Source: a virus (taxonomy: Duplodnaviria > Caudoviricetes). From it: a DNA stretch of 64,000 bases. The stretch's first letter is position 1; the number at the start of each line of letters is the position of its first letter. The DNA lies in IMG/VR virus record IMGVR_UViG_3300031555_001696. One strand, given 5' to 3'. The translations under genes were made by a program, and so were the position numbers. Of this stretch, positions 62,519 to 64,000 are shown one piece after another. The notes below the pieces were generated by a model. It had not been told where the DNA came from, ran no database searches, and saw only the letters and a program-made list of their open reading frames with translations.

Positions 62519-62972
62519 GATTATTGACGGCAATGTATTTGACTCGACAGCAAATATCATTTGCCACCAGTGCAATTGCCAAGGTGTTATGGGCTCTGGA
62601 GTTGCCGCAGAAGTTAAGAAGAGATACCCGCATGTCTTTCAGAAGTATAGACAAGATTATCTTGATGGCAAACTAGAACTTGGATATGTATGCTTCGCAA
62701 CAGCAAAACAAGATCAGGTAATTGCTAATATGTGCGGACAGGATCTGTTTGGCTACAACGGTTCTATGTATACAAATTATGACAAGCTCCAGGATTGTCT
62801 TAATAGGGTCAAGGAGTACGCAATGTTTGATTATGATGTAAAACCTGTTATTGCACTACCGTACATGATGTCGTGCTGCAGAGGCGGAGGCGACTGGAAT
62901 GTGGTATACAAGATGATCGAAGATACATTCGAGGATTTTGACGTTGAAATTTGGAGGTTTGACAATGGATAA
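62511..62972 (+). CDS. Macro-domain protein (ADP-ribose processing)
   Basis: GNVF..IICHQCNCQGVMGSGVA...GGGDW motifs. Confidence 0.88.
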   Translation: MVKIIDGNVFDSTANIICHQCNCQGVMGSGVAAEVKKRYPHVFQKYRQDYLDGKLELGYVCFATAKQDQVIANMCGQDLFGYNGSMYTNYDKLQDCLNRVKEYAMFDYDVKPVIALPYMMSCCRGGGDWNVVYKMIEDTFEDFDVEIWRFDNG

Positions 62973-63714
62973 TTTTGATGCAATTAAAGTAAAAAACGAT
63001 ATTATTAAATGGATTTCAGATTGGTTCTCTATTAATGGTCCAGACTGTAATGTGGTATGTGGAATCAGTGGCGGAAAGGATAGTTCTGTTGTAGCGGCGT
63101 TATGTGTAGAGGCGCTTGGCAAAGATAGAGTAATCGGAGTTCTGATGCCGCAGAACACTCAGTCTGACATTGATGATAGCTATGCAGTAGTTAAACACTT
63201 AGGCATTAAGCATAAAGTAATTAATATTGGACCAGTTGTTGATATGATGCTACTTCAATTGTCTATGTTTGGCGAAATGGAAATCTCCGAACAGACAAAG
63301 ATTAACCTACCTCCTAGAATCCGTATGACAACACTCTATGCAGTGTCTCAGAGTGTGAACGGCAGAGTCGCCAATACTTGCAACCTGTCCGAAGATTATA
63401 TTGGTTACAGCACTCGTTGGGGAGATAGTGTTGGAGATTTCGCACCTTTGGCAAATCTAACAAGCGAAGAAGTTGTTGCAATTGGAGACGCTTGTGGATT
63501 ACCTTATGAACTCACTCACAAAACTCCTTCTGATGGTCTGTGCGGGAAAACCGATGAAGACAACTTCGGTTTTACATATGAAGCACTAAATAAGTATATT
63601 CGCACTGGGATTTGCGAAGATGAAGAGGTAAAGGCAAAGATTGATGCTATGCATGAAAAGAACATATTCAAGTTGATGCCAATTCCGACCTTTAGCTACG
63701 AGGTGCATAAATGA
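62965..63714 (+). CDS. nadE: NH3-dependent NAD+ synthetase
   Basis: GISGGKDSS, NLPPRIRM, TCNLSE..GYSTRWGD, PSDGL..TDED motifs. Confidence 0.93.
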   Translation: MDNFDAIKVKNDIIKWISDWFSINGPDCNVVCGISGGKDSSVVAALCVEALGKDRVIGVLMPQNTQSDIDDSYAVVKHLGIKHKVINIGPVVDMMLLQLSMFGEMEISEQTKINLPPRIRMTTLYAVSQSVNGRVANTCNLSEDYIGYSTRWGDSVGDFAPLANLTSEEVVAIGDACGLPYELTHKTPSDGLCGKTDEDNFGFTYEALNKYIRTGICEDEEVKAKIDAMHEKNIFKLMPIPTFSYEVHK

Positions 63715-63995
63715 CAACTAAAAGCTTTATCATTAAAACCGTAACGAAAATTATCATATACGCGATCATCTCAACAATTGCACTAAGTATTCTAGAAAGT
63801 CCCATTATCACCAATGAAATTGCTATGGGCCAGATGGAAAACAGCAATGAGCTATATATGTTAATGGAAGCTTATAACAGGCTTCGCCACTTTATTTCAA
63901 TCATTTATGGTTGTATCACCGCACTATTTGCAGGAACAATCATTGGTGATACATACAAATTTCTTAAAACAAAAATCAACAAAGGAGAAAATTAA
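63711..63995 (+). CDS. Small membrane protein
   Basis: 94 aa with two hydrophobic segments. Confidence 0.65.
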   Translation: MTTKSFIIKTVTKIIIYAIISTIALSILESPIITNEIAMGQMENSNELYMLMEAYNRLRHFISIIYGCITALFAGTIIGDTYKFLKTKINKGEN

Positions 63996-64000
63996 TTATG

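Noticed and set aside
1-64000. Minus-strand ORFs in the track (e.g. 4360-5106, 17066-17857, 43577-44146)
   Set aside because: They are antisense shadows of well-supported + strand genes, without RBSs or recognisable motifs.
1-64000. Stop-codon recoding (suggested by the theta ribozyme)
   Set aside because: Long genes such as dnaE are intact in the standard code, TAG and TGA end real genes, and I found no clear suppressor tRNA.

Overview
A 64-kb segment of a large, AT-rich phage or prophage, most likely an SPbeta-like phage of a Firmicutes (probably Clostridia) host. Essentially every gene is on the + strand and the standard genetic code is used. From start to end it holds: (i) long runs of small accessory genes; (ii) a stand-alone reverse transcriptase (14423-15685) followed by six ~115-145-nt non-coding units, each with conserved flanks around a unique long hairpin, split into arrays of 4 and 2 around two uncharacterised genes; (iii) an ADP-ribosylglycohydrolase, PHP phosphatase, methyltransferase, tyrosine recombinase and MrpR-like protein; (iv) an SSB/ATPase/DnaB/primase/RecJ/DnaE replication module; (v) a tRNA/ncRNA cluster (46052-51217) in which two tRNAs carry a CCA-ending tRNA-like insert in the anticodon loop, plus an HDV-like theta ribozyme, paralogous 15-aa micro-ORFs and a ~430-nt RNA with heptamer repeats; (vi) RNA-repair genes (Rnl1 ligase, Pnk-HD, Tpt1, phosphoesterases); and (vii) an NAD operon (PncA, Prs-like, NAMPT-like, macrodomain, NadE). 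The strongest candidates for undescribed systems are the RT plus hairpin array and the nested tRNA-like inserts. A TAAAA-N6-TTTTA motif at accessory-gene junctions suggests cassette-like architecture. All calls come from reading motifs by eye; no database searches or folding programs were run.
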